Shown: in pieces, positions 8,407 to 17,221 of the stretch
Position numbering within the stretch: the stretch's first letter is position 1
How the letters are laid out: the number at the start of each line of letters is the position of its first letter
Source of the DNA: Puia sp.
GTDB lineage: Bacteria > Bacteroidota > Bacteroidia > Chitinophagales > Chitinophagaceae
DNA length: 56,022 nt
Reading direction: 5' to 3'
NCBI GenBank assembly: GCA_035508835.1
Contig: DATJMG010000246.1
Span: 1-56,022 of the forward strand
Notes under the pieces: model-generated
Databases searched by the model: none
What the model saw: the letters and a program-made list of their open reading frames with translations, nothing else
What the model was told of the DNA's origin: nothing
Position numbers and translations under genes: made by a program

Positions 8407-10914
8407 ATGAATTATCAACCATCCCAGGGGTTGCCGCAATTCAAGAACCTGGTCGGGATCAAGTTCCAGCTTTACAATAGTCTGTTCACGTCATTGCCTT
8501 TCCATCGGATCGAGAAAACGGGTATTCTGTTGTCGTTGTTGCTGACGGTTTGCGAGGAAGGGTATTTGAAGAAGCAAAGCCCGGAGGAGATCCTCGAGGA
8601 ATTCTTCCGCAAGCAGACGGCGCTCGCGGGAGAGCGGGAGCGGGCGGATATCCTTTTTCGCTTCGTGCAGTATGTGGAGCGGCAGATCGTGCTGTTCGAT
8701 GCACTCGAGGATGCGGCATTCCGGCATGTGAATGATATGGGTGGTCAGGGCACATTGAAGCATTTATTGTCGGAGGTGATCCAGACGGGCAAGGAGGAGG
8801 AATTGACGGAGAAGCTAAAGGATTATTCCGTGCGGCTGGTGCTCACGGCGCATCCGACGCAATTCTATCCGGGGACGGTCCTGGGCATCATCAATGATCT
8901 ATCGCGGGCGGTTATCGAGAACAATGCGGCGGAGATCAACCTTTATATGCAGCAGCTCGGCAAGACGCCGTTCCTGAAAAAGCAAAAGCCCACGCCGTAT
9001 GACGAGGCGATCAGCCTGATCTGGTACCTGGAGAATGTGTTTTATACGGCCAGTGGAAAGATCATCTCGATGCTGCGGGATTTTTTTCCGGATGCGTTGG
9101 ACAATAAGAATGCGGTCATCAAGATGGGATTCTGGCCGGGCGGGGACCGGGATGGCAATCCATTCGTCAGGGCGGATACGACGCTACGGGTGGCCGAGGC
9201 ATTGCGCGGCGCCATCATCAAGTGTTATTACCTGGATGTGCGGCGGCTCAAGCGGCGGCTCACGTTCAAGGGGGTGGATGTATTGATTGCCGAACTGGAG
9301 GACAAGCTGTACAATAACATTTTTATTCCCAATCAGCGGACCGATCTGTCCAGGGAGGAGATCCTGGCGGATCTGGCGAAGATCCGGGAGATCATTATTT
9401 ATCAGCACAACAGTTTGTTCCTTCATTTGGTGGACAACCTGATCGGCAAGGTGATGATATTCGGACTTCATTTCGCGACGCTGGATATCCGGCAGGACAG
9501 CAGTGTGCATACGGCGGTGCTGGCGGCCGTGGCTGAACGTGGTGGTCAGGCAGATCCCGCCTTATATGAGGAACCGTTGGTTAGAGATACGCTGGAGGTA
9601 ATCAGAACGGTGCGGGTCATTCAGCAGATGAATGGCGAGGAAGGGTGTAACCGATATGTGATCAGTCACTGCAGCAGGGCGGCGAATGTTCTGGAGGTCT
9701 TCCAGTTATTCGTGGTGAGCGGCTGGAAGGCGGATGCGCTTCCGGTGGATATCGTCCCGTTGTTCGAGACGGTGGAAGATCTGCAAGCCGCGGCAACGGT
9801 GATGGAGGAGTTATATAGCAATGCGGTTTACCGGAAACATCTGAAGCAACGTGGGAATACGCAAACGATCATGCTCGGTTTTTCGGATGGAACGAAGGAT
9901 GGCGGTTATCTGATGGCGAACTGGGGGATCTACAAGGCAAAAGAAGAGTTGACGGCCATTTCCCGCAAATACGATGTCGATGCAGTTTTTTTCGATGGTC
10001 GTGGCGGGCCGCCGGCGAGGGGTGGGGGCAAGACGCATCGGTTCTATGCGTCGATGGGGAAGAACATCGCCAACAAGGAGATCCAGCTGACGGTACAGGG
10101 GCAGACGGTCAGTTCCAATTTCGGGACGGTGGATACGGCGCAATACAATATCGAGCAGCTGCTTCATGCGGGCATCTCCAACGATCTGTTCTCGTCCAGG
10201 GAGGTCACCCTGGAGGCGGGCGAAGAGGCTTTGATGGCCGCGATGGCCGCGGACAGCTATACTGCTTATACGAGGCTGAAGGAGCATCCTTATTTCCTGC
10301 GATACCTCAACGAAGTAAGTCCGCTGCGTTTCTACAGTGAGACGAATATTGCGAGCCGGCCTTCGCGGCGAAAGGGTGGCCGGCTGGATCTGACCGATCT
10401 GCGTGCGATCCCTTTTGTGGGCGCCTGGAGTCAGCTCAAGCAGAATGTGACCGGCTATTATGGGGTAGGGTTTGCGTTACAGGAAATGGACAAGCGGGGG
10501 AAATGGAAGGCGGTGAAATATTTGTATGAGAGCTCGCTGTTTTTCCGGACATTGCTGGATAACTGCGAGATGGCGATGAAGAAATGTTTCTTCCCGTTGA
10601 CGGAGCATTTTTCGAAGGATAAGGTGTATGGGGAGATCTGGGCGATGATCTATGATGAATTTGAGTTGACGAAGAAATACATTTTGAGGCTTTCGGGCAG
10701 GAATGAGCTCATGGCGGATTATCCGGTCGATTCCTTGTCCATCCAGATGCGGGAGCGGATCGTGTTGCCGCTGAGTACGATCCAGCAGTATGCTTTAACC
10801 AAGTGTTGGGCGCTTGAGAAGAGCGGCGAGAATAAGGGGATGAAAGAGGTGTATGAGAAGCTGATCATGCGAAGTTCCTTCGGGATCATTAATGCGGCGC
10901 GGAATTCGGCCTAG
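8407..10914 (+). CDS. ppc: Phosphoenolpyruvate carboxylase
   Basis: VLTAHPTQ, WPGGDRDGNP, IVPLFET, MLGFSDGTKDGG, GRGGPPARGGG, LRAIPFV, C-terminal RNSA. Confidence 0.97.
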   Translation: MNYQPSQGLPQFKNLVGIKFQLYNSLFTSLPFHRIEKTGILLSLLLTVCEEGYLKKQSPEEILEEFFRKQTALAGERERADILFRFVQYVERQIVLFDALEDAAFRHVNDMGGQGTLKHLLSEVIQTGKEEELTEKLKDYSVRLVLTAHPTQFYPGTVLGIINDLSRAVIENNAAEINLYMQQLGKTPFLKKQKPTPYDEAISLIWYLENVFYTASGKIISMLRDFFPDALDNKNAVIKMGFWPGGDRDGNPFVRADTTLRVAEALRGAIIKCYYLDVRRLKRRLTFKGVDVLIAELEDKLYNNIFIPNQRTDLSREEILADLAKIREIIIYQHNSLFLHLVDNLIGKVMIFGLHFATLDIRQDSSVHTAVLAAVAERGGQADPALYEEPLVRDTLEVIRTVRVIQQMNGEEGCNRYVISHCSRAANVLEVFQLFVVSGWKADALPVDIVPLFETVEDLQAAATVMEELYSNAVYRKHLKQRGNTQTIMLGFSDGTKDGGYLMANWGIYKAKEELTAISRKYDVDAVFFDGRGGPPARGGGKTHRFYASMGKNIANKEIQLTVQGQTVSSNFGTVDTAQYNIEQLLHAGISNDLFSSREVTLEAGEEALMAAMAADSYTAYTRLKEHPYFLRYLNEVSPLRFYSETNIASRPSRRKGGRLDLTDLRAIPFVGAWSQLKQNVTGYYGVGFALQEMDKRGKWKAVKYLYESSLFFRTLLDNCEMAMKKCFFPLTEHFSKDKVYGEIWAMIYDEFELTKKYILRLSGRNELMADYPVDSLSIQMRERIVLPLSTIQQYALTKCWALEKSGENKGMKEVYEKLIMRSSFGIINAARNSA

Positions 10915-10963
10915 GGCCCTTCCGGCGGGGTATAAGGATTATTTTCGGGTCTAAATCTTTTCG

Positions 10964-12196
10964 ATGGCGCTGTATAATGCCTTTGCCGTAATGACTGTGC
11001 TGGCGGCCCTGTTCGCTTACATTAACCATCGGTTCATCCGGTGGCCGGCGACAATCGGCATCCTGTTCATTTCCCTTTTATTCTCGCTGATGGTGATAGC
11101 TGTTGGCCGGATCTGGCCTCAATCTATCGACGATATCAGCCGATTGGTCCGGGGTATCGACTTTTATACGGTGTTGATGAAGATCATGCTGAGCTTTTTG
11201 CTTTTTGCCGGAGCTATTCACCTGGATGGAAAGCGGATGCGGACGCAGCGGGCTTCCATTCTCACTTTTTCTACGATAGGCACGCTGCTTTCCACTTTTA
11301 TCATCGGAGGTTTGCTGTATTTGCTGTCGCCGCTATTGCATGCCGCCCTGGAGTTTCAATATTGCCTGCTGTTCGGCGCGTTGATATCGCCTACCGATCC
11401 GATAGCCGTATTGAGTGTTCTCCGCCAGGCCCGTATCCCTGATTCCCTGGAGACCAAGATAAGCGGCGAGTCGCTTTTTAACGATGGGGTAGCTCTTGTG
11501 CTTTTCATTACTATTTATGACATTATCGAAGGAGGGGGTGGTCATTTCGATGGGGGCAGGACTGTCCTGCTCTTTGTACGGGAGGCCGGGGGCGGGGTTC
11601 TGCTGGGCGTCGCCCTGGGATATGCAGGATATTTCATGATCCGATCAATCGATCATTACCAGGTCGAGGTGATGATCACGTTGGGTATTGTTGCGGGTGG
11701 TTATCTGCTGGCGGACCGGCTGAGTGTCAGCGGCCCGCTGGCCATGGTCGTCGCCGGGCTGATAACGGGCAACAAGAGCCGGACTGAAGGGATGAGTGAG
11801 ACTTCAAGGGATTACCTGGATAAATTCTGGGAAATGATCGATGAATTTCTGAATGCAATCCTGTTTTTATTGATGGGGTTTGAGATGTTGGTGCTTCCCT
11901 TCAATAAAATGGTTGTGGCTCTGGGATTGATCTGTATCCCGGTCGTTCTGATGGCGCGTTATCTGTCCGTGCTGCTGCCAATCGGTTTGCTGAAATACCT
12001 GACGGCTTTCGAGCGGAATGCTATCCCCATACTCACGTGGGGAGGGTTAAGGGGGGGGATATCGGTTGCAATGGCATTGTCGGTGCCTGCAAGTATGCAG
12101 GGAGAATTACTGGTTCCTATTACCTATATCGTGGTGGTTTTTTCCATCCTTGTCCAGGGCCTCACCATCGGGCGGGTGGCGAGAAAGCTGGTTTGA
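10964..12196 (+). CDS. nhaP: Na+/H+ antiporter, CPA1/NhaP family
   Basis: ISPTDPIAV, GESLFNDG, WGGLRGGIS, SILVQGLT; many transmembrane segments. Confidence 0.9.
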   Translation: MALYNAFAVMTVLAALFAYINHRFIRWPATIGILFISLLFSLMVIAVGRIWPQSIDDISRLVRGIDFYTVLMKIMLSFLLFAGAIHLDGKRMRTQRASILTFSTIGTLLSTFIIGGLLYLLSPLLHAALEFQYCLLFGALISPTDPIAVLSVLRQARIPDSLETKISGESLFNDGVALVLFITIYDIIEGGGGHFDGGRTVLLFVREAGGGVLLGVALGYAGYFMIRSIDHYQVEVMITLGIVAGGYLLADRLSVSGPLAMVVAGLITGNKSRTEGMSETSRDYLDKFWEMIDEFLNAILFLLMGFEMLVLPFNKMVVALGLICIPVVLMARYLSVLLPIGLLKYLTAFERNAIPILTWGGLRGGISVAMALSVPASMQGELLVPITYIVVVFSILVQGLTIGRVARKLV

Positions 12197-12243
12197 GACG
12201 GGATGGGGCAGACGGCGCAGGCGTCGGGGTTGCTTGTCCGGGA

Positions 12244-13917
12244 TCATTGTATCAGCATTTGTTTGGTTTGGGTGAAGGAGCCTTGAGGGGAGACCGCTGT
12301 GATCCGGTATGGATAGAGGCCGGGCGCGAGGCGGCTTGCATTGAAGGACAGGGTATGCGGGCCGGCGGTTTCATCTTCGTCCACGAGGGTGGTGACGGGC
12401 CGGCCTGTGCCGTTATAGACCTGCAGGATGACGTGGCTGTCGCTGCTGAGCGTATAGGTGATAGTGGTCGCGCTGCGGAAGGGGTTGGGGAAGTTGGAGA
12501 GTTGGGATGCGAAGGGGGCGATAGTGGCCTGACCGGCGAGGGAGTCGGTTTTCGATGCCGCTAATATTTCTGCCTTATATTGGTACTGAACGGTAGCGAT
12601 TTCCGTTCCATTATCCGCTGTACCGGCGACATCGATCTCGGGGTAGCTGACGACGACGCCTGGCCTGGAGGAGGGGAGATTGAAAACGGCGATCCCGGCG
12701 GCTTTATTCAACCCATTGACTGGGCCGGAGTAGCTGGCTTCCCAGCCCTGGGTGCCGGAGGCCGACACCTGTACGGTGGTATAATTACCCGCGGCGGTTC
12801 CCGTTACATAGCAGTTCCCCTCGTTATCGAGGGCCATGTAGGAGTTGCCGGACGAAATTGCCGAGCCATAGTAGGTCCACGAGAGTGTTCCCGCTGAAGT
12901 ATATTTAGTGACGTTAAAACTACTGCCGGTCGAGCCTAGCGTCAGTATATTGCCGGAGGGGTCGACGGCGATGCTGCTATTGGAGGTCACTGCCGGCAGA
13001 TCCTGATTCAGCCATAGCTGGGTCCCGCCGGTTGACCAGGCGATGATCTCGTTGACCTGACTGGTCGCCTTGCTGTAGCCAATGAGGTACACATTTGCGG
13101 ACGCGTCCAGGGCTAATCCGTCGGGTGAATCGTTGGTTTGGTAACCGCCGTTGTACGTATTGGTCCAGAGCGTATTGCCTGAAGGGTCATATTTGATCGC
13201 CACAATATCGAGAGTCGTGTCCCGCTTGAAGGTAATGATACCGCCGCGAGACCCTCCACTGATATAGAGATGGGGGTTTGTGACATTACCTGCAACATAA
13301 ACATTTCCGGAGGCATCGAGTGCGATGTATAACCCGAGCGATTCCTGGAGCGTACTGCTATACGCAACGGCCCACTGCTGGCTGCCGGCGGAATTCAGTT
13401 TTACGGTCAGGCAGGTCGCGGTCCCTGCCGAGCCCCCGTCGGCTTCGGCTTTTCCGGTGATATACACATTTCCCGAGGCGTCCACGGTCGCGGCGTATGC
13501 AACGCAATAGCAGTTATTGTAGGTGGGCACCGTGTACCACAGCTGCTGTCCTGATGAATTGTAAGCTGTCGTCCCCATACCGCCCAACCAGTTGGAGGTT
13601 ATGTATACGTTGCCCGACTGGTCGATGCCGATGCCGGCAATACCGGGGTAGCCGAGATCATAAAATGCGGTGCCCGCACTGCCGGCGGCGACCCACTGCT
13701 GGACGCCCGATGCGTTGTATTTGATCAGTATATAGGAAAAAGTGTTGGTGACTATGCCGGCGACATACACATTTCCGGAGGCGTCCGTCTTAACGCAGGA
13801 TACCATGGTCGATGGTGAGGCAAGGGTGCTCGCCCAGTTCCGATTGATCTGGGACCGGGTCGTTGCCGGAAGGAGGATAGCGAGAATGACGGCGGGGAGG
13901 ATTGTAAAGATGCGCAT
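12244..13917 (-). CDS. SBBP beta-propeller repeat protein with T9SS type A C-terminal sorting domain
   Basis: Signal peptide from ATG 13917; repeated D.SGNVY.(A/T)G and .KY..SG...W units; C-terminal NFPNPF...T.I.Y...YN..G..V...G.Y.Y.I...KQMLIQ. Confidence 0.85.
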   Translation of the reverse strand: MRIFTILPAVILAILLPATTRSQINRNWASTLASPSTMVSCVKTDASGNVYVAGIVTNTFSYILIKYNASGVQQWVAAGSAGTAFYDLGYPGIAGIGIDQSGNVYITSNWLGGMGTTAYNSSGQQLWYTVPTYNNCYCVAYAATVDASGNVYITGKAEADGGSAGTATCLTVKLNSAGSQQWAVAYSSTLQESLGLYIALDASGNVYVAGNVTNPHLYISGGSRGGIITFKRDTTLDIVAIKYDPSGNTLWTNTYNGGYQTNDSPDGLALDASANVYLIGYSKATSQVNEIIAWSTGGTQLWLNQDLPAVTSNSSIAVDPSGNILTLGSTGSSFNVTKYTSAGTLSWTYYGSAISSGNSYMALDNEGNCYVTGTAAGNYTTVQVSASGTQGWEASYSGPVNGLNKAAGIAVFNLPSSRPGVVVSYPEIDVAGTADNGTEIATVQYQYKAEILAASKTDSLAGQATIAPFASQLSNFPNPFRSATTITYTLSSDSHVILQVYNGTGRPVTTLVDEDETAGPHTLSFNASRLAPGLYPYRITAVSPQGSFTQTKQMLIQ

Positions 13918-13954
13918 GGCGGCAGGTTTTGGGTTTGGAAAGAACACTTTTTTC

Positions 13955-13962
13955 CGAAGTTA
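13955..13962 (-). promoter_or_regulatory. -7 promoter element for the T9SS cargo gene
   Basis: TAACTTCG on the minus strand, 37 nt upstream of ATG 13917. Confidence 0.4.
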
Positions 13963-14065
13963 AAAAGACCCTTTGCTGCTTTTGAGGGCTTTCTAAGGAA
14001 CGGCCGCCCCGGTTGGGATAATGGCGGGTTAGCGGCAGGGAACGGCGGCTGGGGGGGAAGCCGGT

Positions 14066-14095
14066 GCCCTTTGCCGAATCGGTAAAAGGGCTTTT
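14066..14095 (+). terminator. Terminator-like hairpin in divergent intergenic region
   Basis: GCCCTTTGCCGAATCGGTAAAAGGGC followed by TTTT. Confidence 0.35.
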
Positions 14096-14246
14096 CAATT
14101 TGGGGTGGTTTGGCGAAAGCGGCAGGGGAAGGGAAGGTGGCCTCTTTCTTATGAAATCCTTAACAGTACCGGGTTTGGGTGCATGAGGCTTTGGGGCGGC
14201 CCGCTCTGGTACATAATTGGACAAACGGCAGTATAAACTTTTATGC

Positions 14247-15731
14247 ATGTTCAAGAGGATCGTTATTTGTATCAGTGCATCGCTGATTTTTCTGGATGGC
14301 TATAGTCAGGATTCGACGGTTGTGAGGCCTGCCCCATCCAAAGGATCCTTTGCGGCGAGGGAGCCGGCCAGTGCACCTTTTGCCTTTGGAGATTTTTCGT
14401 GGCTCAACGGTACCAGCCGCAAAACCACTCCGCCGCTGATCGACAACAAATATTTTACCAGCGATATTACGGTGGATCTGAACTATACGCACTCGTACAA
14501 CAACCCCATCGACAATACGGTGGTCGGTTCTACGGCGTTGTCCCGGGACAATGAGCTCCAGCTTTCTTTCCTGGGTTTTGGCGGCGACATTCATGTAGAC
14601 AATGTCCGGGGGAGGATCATGATGCAGTTCGGGACCAGGTCGACGGTGGTTCCGCGTAATGACGGCAGCTCGTATAAGGGGCAGTATGACCTGCAAACGA
14701 TCTACAGGTATATCAGTGAGGCTTATGGGGGTTATCACTGGGATGTCTGGCACGGCATCAACCTCGATGCGGGTATTTTCATGTCCTATATCGGGTTGTT
14801 CTCCTACAACAACTTCGAGAATTGGGGATATCAACCTTCCTATACGTCGGACAATACGCCGTGGTTTTTCAACGGGCTTCGGTTGCAGATGTTCCCGACC
14901 GACAAGCTGAAGGTGGAATTGTGGCTGATCAATGGCTGGCAGAGTTACGGGATGTTCAATAATTCGCCGGGGATGGGGTACTCGATCTATTACCGGCCGA
15001 AGGAGCGGGTCGATTATGTATTCAATTTCTATTATGGCAAGGATGATGAAGGAGCGCCCGGCCGGTATCGGATCCACAGCGACGACAGCTATGAGTACCG
15101 GTATTTGAACCGCAAGCATGGTTTTGTGACGAAGGGAGCATTTTCATTCACGGGGGATTTTGGATTTGAAAATGGGGATGGGGTGACGCCGTTTGGTAAA
15201 GGGACGAAGGGCAAGCCGGGATACCTGCCTGCGCAGAATTTCATCAGCGGCATGGTATATAACCGGTTGTGGTTTGGTGAAAAGCAGAGATTCGCGTGGA
15301 CGGTGGGGGGTGGCTATATGCACAATCCGGGGCAGTACCTGGTGTTGGCGCCCACGGGATATGCCGATACCATATTCCAGCAGCAGACCGGCCCCGGCTC
15401 GACGTTCGACGCCTGGGACTATTCGACCTCGGTCGATTACATGCCCAATCAAAACCTTACGCTTAAGTTCGAATGGGTCCACCGGAAGGTAAATTCGATC
15501 GATCCTGCACCCGGGACGACTGCGCTCGCAGGCTATTTTGCAGGGCATGGGGGTGTCACTTCGCCCAATGGGTTTGCCAATATAGGCGGCTACACCTATA
15601 CATCGAACGGGGCTTCGATAGCGCCGCCGCTGAGCAGCTGGAGTACGAGCGGTCCTAATGGGGGGCCATGGATGCCGGACCTGGTCATGTCGGAAACGAG
15701 GTTTGTACTGGCGTTGTTGGTGAGGTTCTAA
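14247..15731 (+). CDS. Outer-membrane beta-barrel porin (BBP2/DUF3138-like)
   Basis: Signal peptide from ATG 14247; EAYGGYHW, GINLDAGIFMSYIG, SDNTPWFFNG, LINGWQ; C-terminal ALLVRF ending in Phe. Confidence 0.8.
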   Translation: MFKRIVICISASLIFLDGYSQDSTVVRPAPSKGSFAAREPASAPFAFGDFSWLNGTSRKTTPPLIDNKYFTSDITVDLNYTHSYNNPIDNTVVGSTALSRDNELQLSFLGFGGDIHVDNVRGRIMMQFGTRSTVVPRNDGSSYKGQYDLQTIYRYISEAYGGYHWDVWHGINLDAGIFMSYIGLFSYNNFENWGYQPSYTSDNTPWFFNGLRLQMFPTDKLKVELWLINGWQSYGMFNNSPGMGYSIYYRPKERVDYVFNFYYGKDDEGAPGRYRIHSDDSYEYRYLNRKHGFVTKGAFSFTGDFGFENGDGVTPFGKGTKGKPGYLPAQNFISGMVYNRLWFGEKQRFAWTVGGGYMHNPGQYLVLAPTGYADTIFQQQTGPGSTFDAWDYSTSVDYMPNQNLTLKFEWVHRKVNSIDPAPGTTALAGYFAGHGGVTSPNGFANIGGYTYTSNGASIAPPLSSWSTSGPNGGPWMPDLVMSETRFVLALLVRF

Positions 15732-17203
15732 AGTTCGATCAGTGACTGGTCGCGGCGTTCGAGCAGGGAGGCGGAGGCGCCGACCAGGTATTCGTCGACC
15801 TTCCGGGCGCATTCGCGGCCTTCGCTGATGGCCCAGACGACGAGGGATTGGCCGCGGCGCATGTCGCCGGCGGTGAAGACCTTGGCAATATTGGTCTGGT
15901 AGTTCTTGTCCGAGGCCCGGACGTTCCCGCGGTCGTCGAGCTCCACGTCGAGTTCATTCAGCAGGCCGTGGTGCTGCGGGTGGACGAAGCCCATGGCGAG
16001 GAGGGCCAGTTCGCAGGGCAGTTCCCGTTCGCTGCCGGGGACTTCGGTGAACCGGGCGGCTCGGCCGTCTTCGGTAAAGGACCATTCCAGTACGACGGTG
16101 CGCAGGGCTTTGAGGTTGCCCTGGTCATCGCCGATGAATTCCTTGGTAGCGACGGCCCAGTGCCGGTCGGCGCCTTCTTCGTGGGACGAGGAGGTCTTCA
16201 GGACCATGGGATAGGTAGGCCACGGCATATACTCGGTACGGGAGTGCGGTGGTTTGGGCATCAGCTCGAACTGGGTAACGGAAAGTGCCTTGTGGCGGTT
16301 GGAAGTTCCAACGCAGTCGCTGCCGGTATCGCCGCCGCCGATGACGACGACGTTCTTGTTGGTTGCAAAGACAGGCTCGCCGTCGATGGGGAGGTGGGCG
16401 ACCCGTTTGTTCTGTTGCTTCAGGAATTCCATTGCAAAATGAACGCCTTTCAGGCTGCGGCCGGGGATCGGCAAGTCGCGGGGAATGGTGGAGCCGCCCG
16501 CGAGCACGATGGCGTGGAATTCTCTCAGGAGGTCGTTAATACTGACATTTCCGCCGACTTCCGAATTACAGCGGAAGGTGATGCCGGCTTCTTCCATCAG
16601 CCTGATGCGGCGGGAGACGACCCATTTCTCGAGTTTAAAGTCAGGGATGCCGTAGCGCAGGAGACCGCCGGGTTCGTCGTCCCGTTCGAATACGGTTACG
16701 GTGTGCCCGGCTGCGTTGAGTTGGTCGGCGGCGGCAAGCCCGGCGGGGCCGGAGCCCACGATGGCTACCTTCTTACCGGTTCTCAATGGCGGATGGTTCG
16801 GTTTGACGAAGCCGTTTTCGAAGGCGATCTCGATGATATGTTTCTCTATTTCTTCGATGGTTACGGGTGGCTGGTTGATGCCCAGTACGCAGCTGCTTTC
16901 GCAGGGAGCGGGGCAGATGCGGCCGGTGAATTCAGGGAAATTGTTAGTCGACCGCAGGATCTCATAGGCTTCCTGCCATTGCTGGCGATAGACGGCGTCA
17001 TTGAATTCGGGGATGACGTTGCCGAGGGGGCAGCCGTGGTGACAGAAGGGGATACCGCAATTCATGCAGCGCGCGGATTGCTGGTTGAGCTCCTGCGGGG
17101 AATACGAGTGAACGAATTCGTTATAGTCGTTCCGGCGCTCCTGAACGGGGCGTTTGGCGGGGAGGTGGCGGGTATATTCGAGGAATCCTGTTGGCTTGCC
17201 CAT
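15728..17203 (-). CDS. gltD: Glutamate synthase small subunit
   Basis: [67 protein letters not shown]. Confidence 0.97.
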   Translation of the reverse strand: MGKPTGFLEYTRHLPAKRPVQERRNDYNEFVHSYSPQELNQQSARCMNCGIPFCHHGCPLGNVIPEFNDAVYRQQWQEAYEILRSTNNFPEFTGRICPAPCESSCVLGINQPPVTIEEIEKHIIEIAFENGFVKPNHPPLRTGKKVAIVGSGPAGLAAADQLNAAGHTVTVFERDDEPGGLLRYGIPDFKLEKWVVSRRIRLMEEAGITFRCNSEVGGNVSINDLLREFHAIVLAGGSTIPRDLPIPGRSLKGVHFAMEFLKQQNKRVAHLPIDGEPVFATNKNVVVIGGGDTGSDCVGTSNRHKALSVTQFELMPKPPHSRTEYMPWPTYPMVLKTSSSHEEGADRHWAVATKEFIGDDQGNLKALRTVVLEWSFTEDGRAARFTEVPGSERELPCELALLAMGFVHPQHHGLLNELDVELDDRGNVRASDKNYQTNIAKVFTAGDMRRGQSLVVWAISEGRECARKVDEYLVGASASLLERRDQSLIEL

Positions 17204-17221
17204 GTCGGTGAATCTGATTGT

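Noticed and set aside
13963-14246. c-di-AMP or other known riboswitch ahead of the porin
   Set aside because: No conserved aptamer motifs recognised by eye; kept only as an unassigned hairpin cluster.
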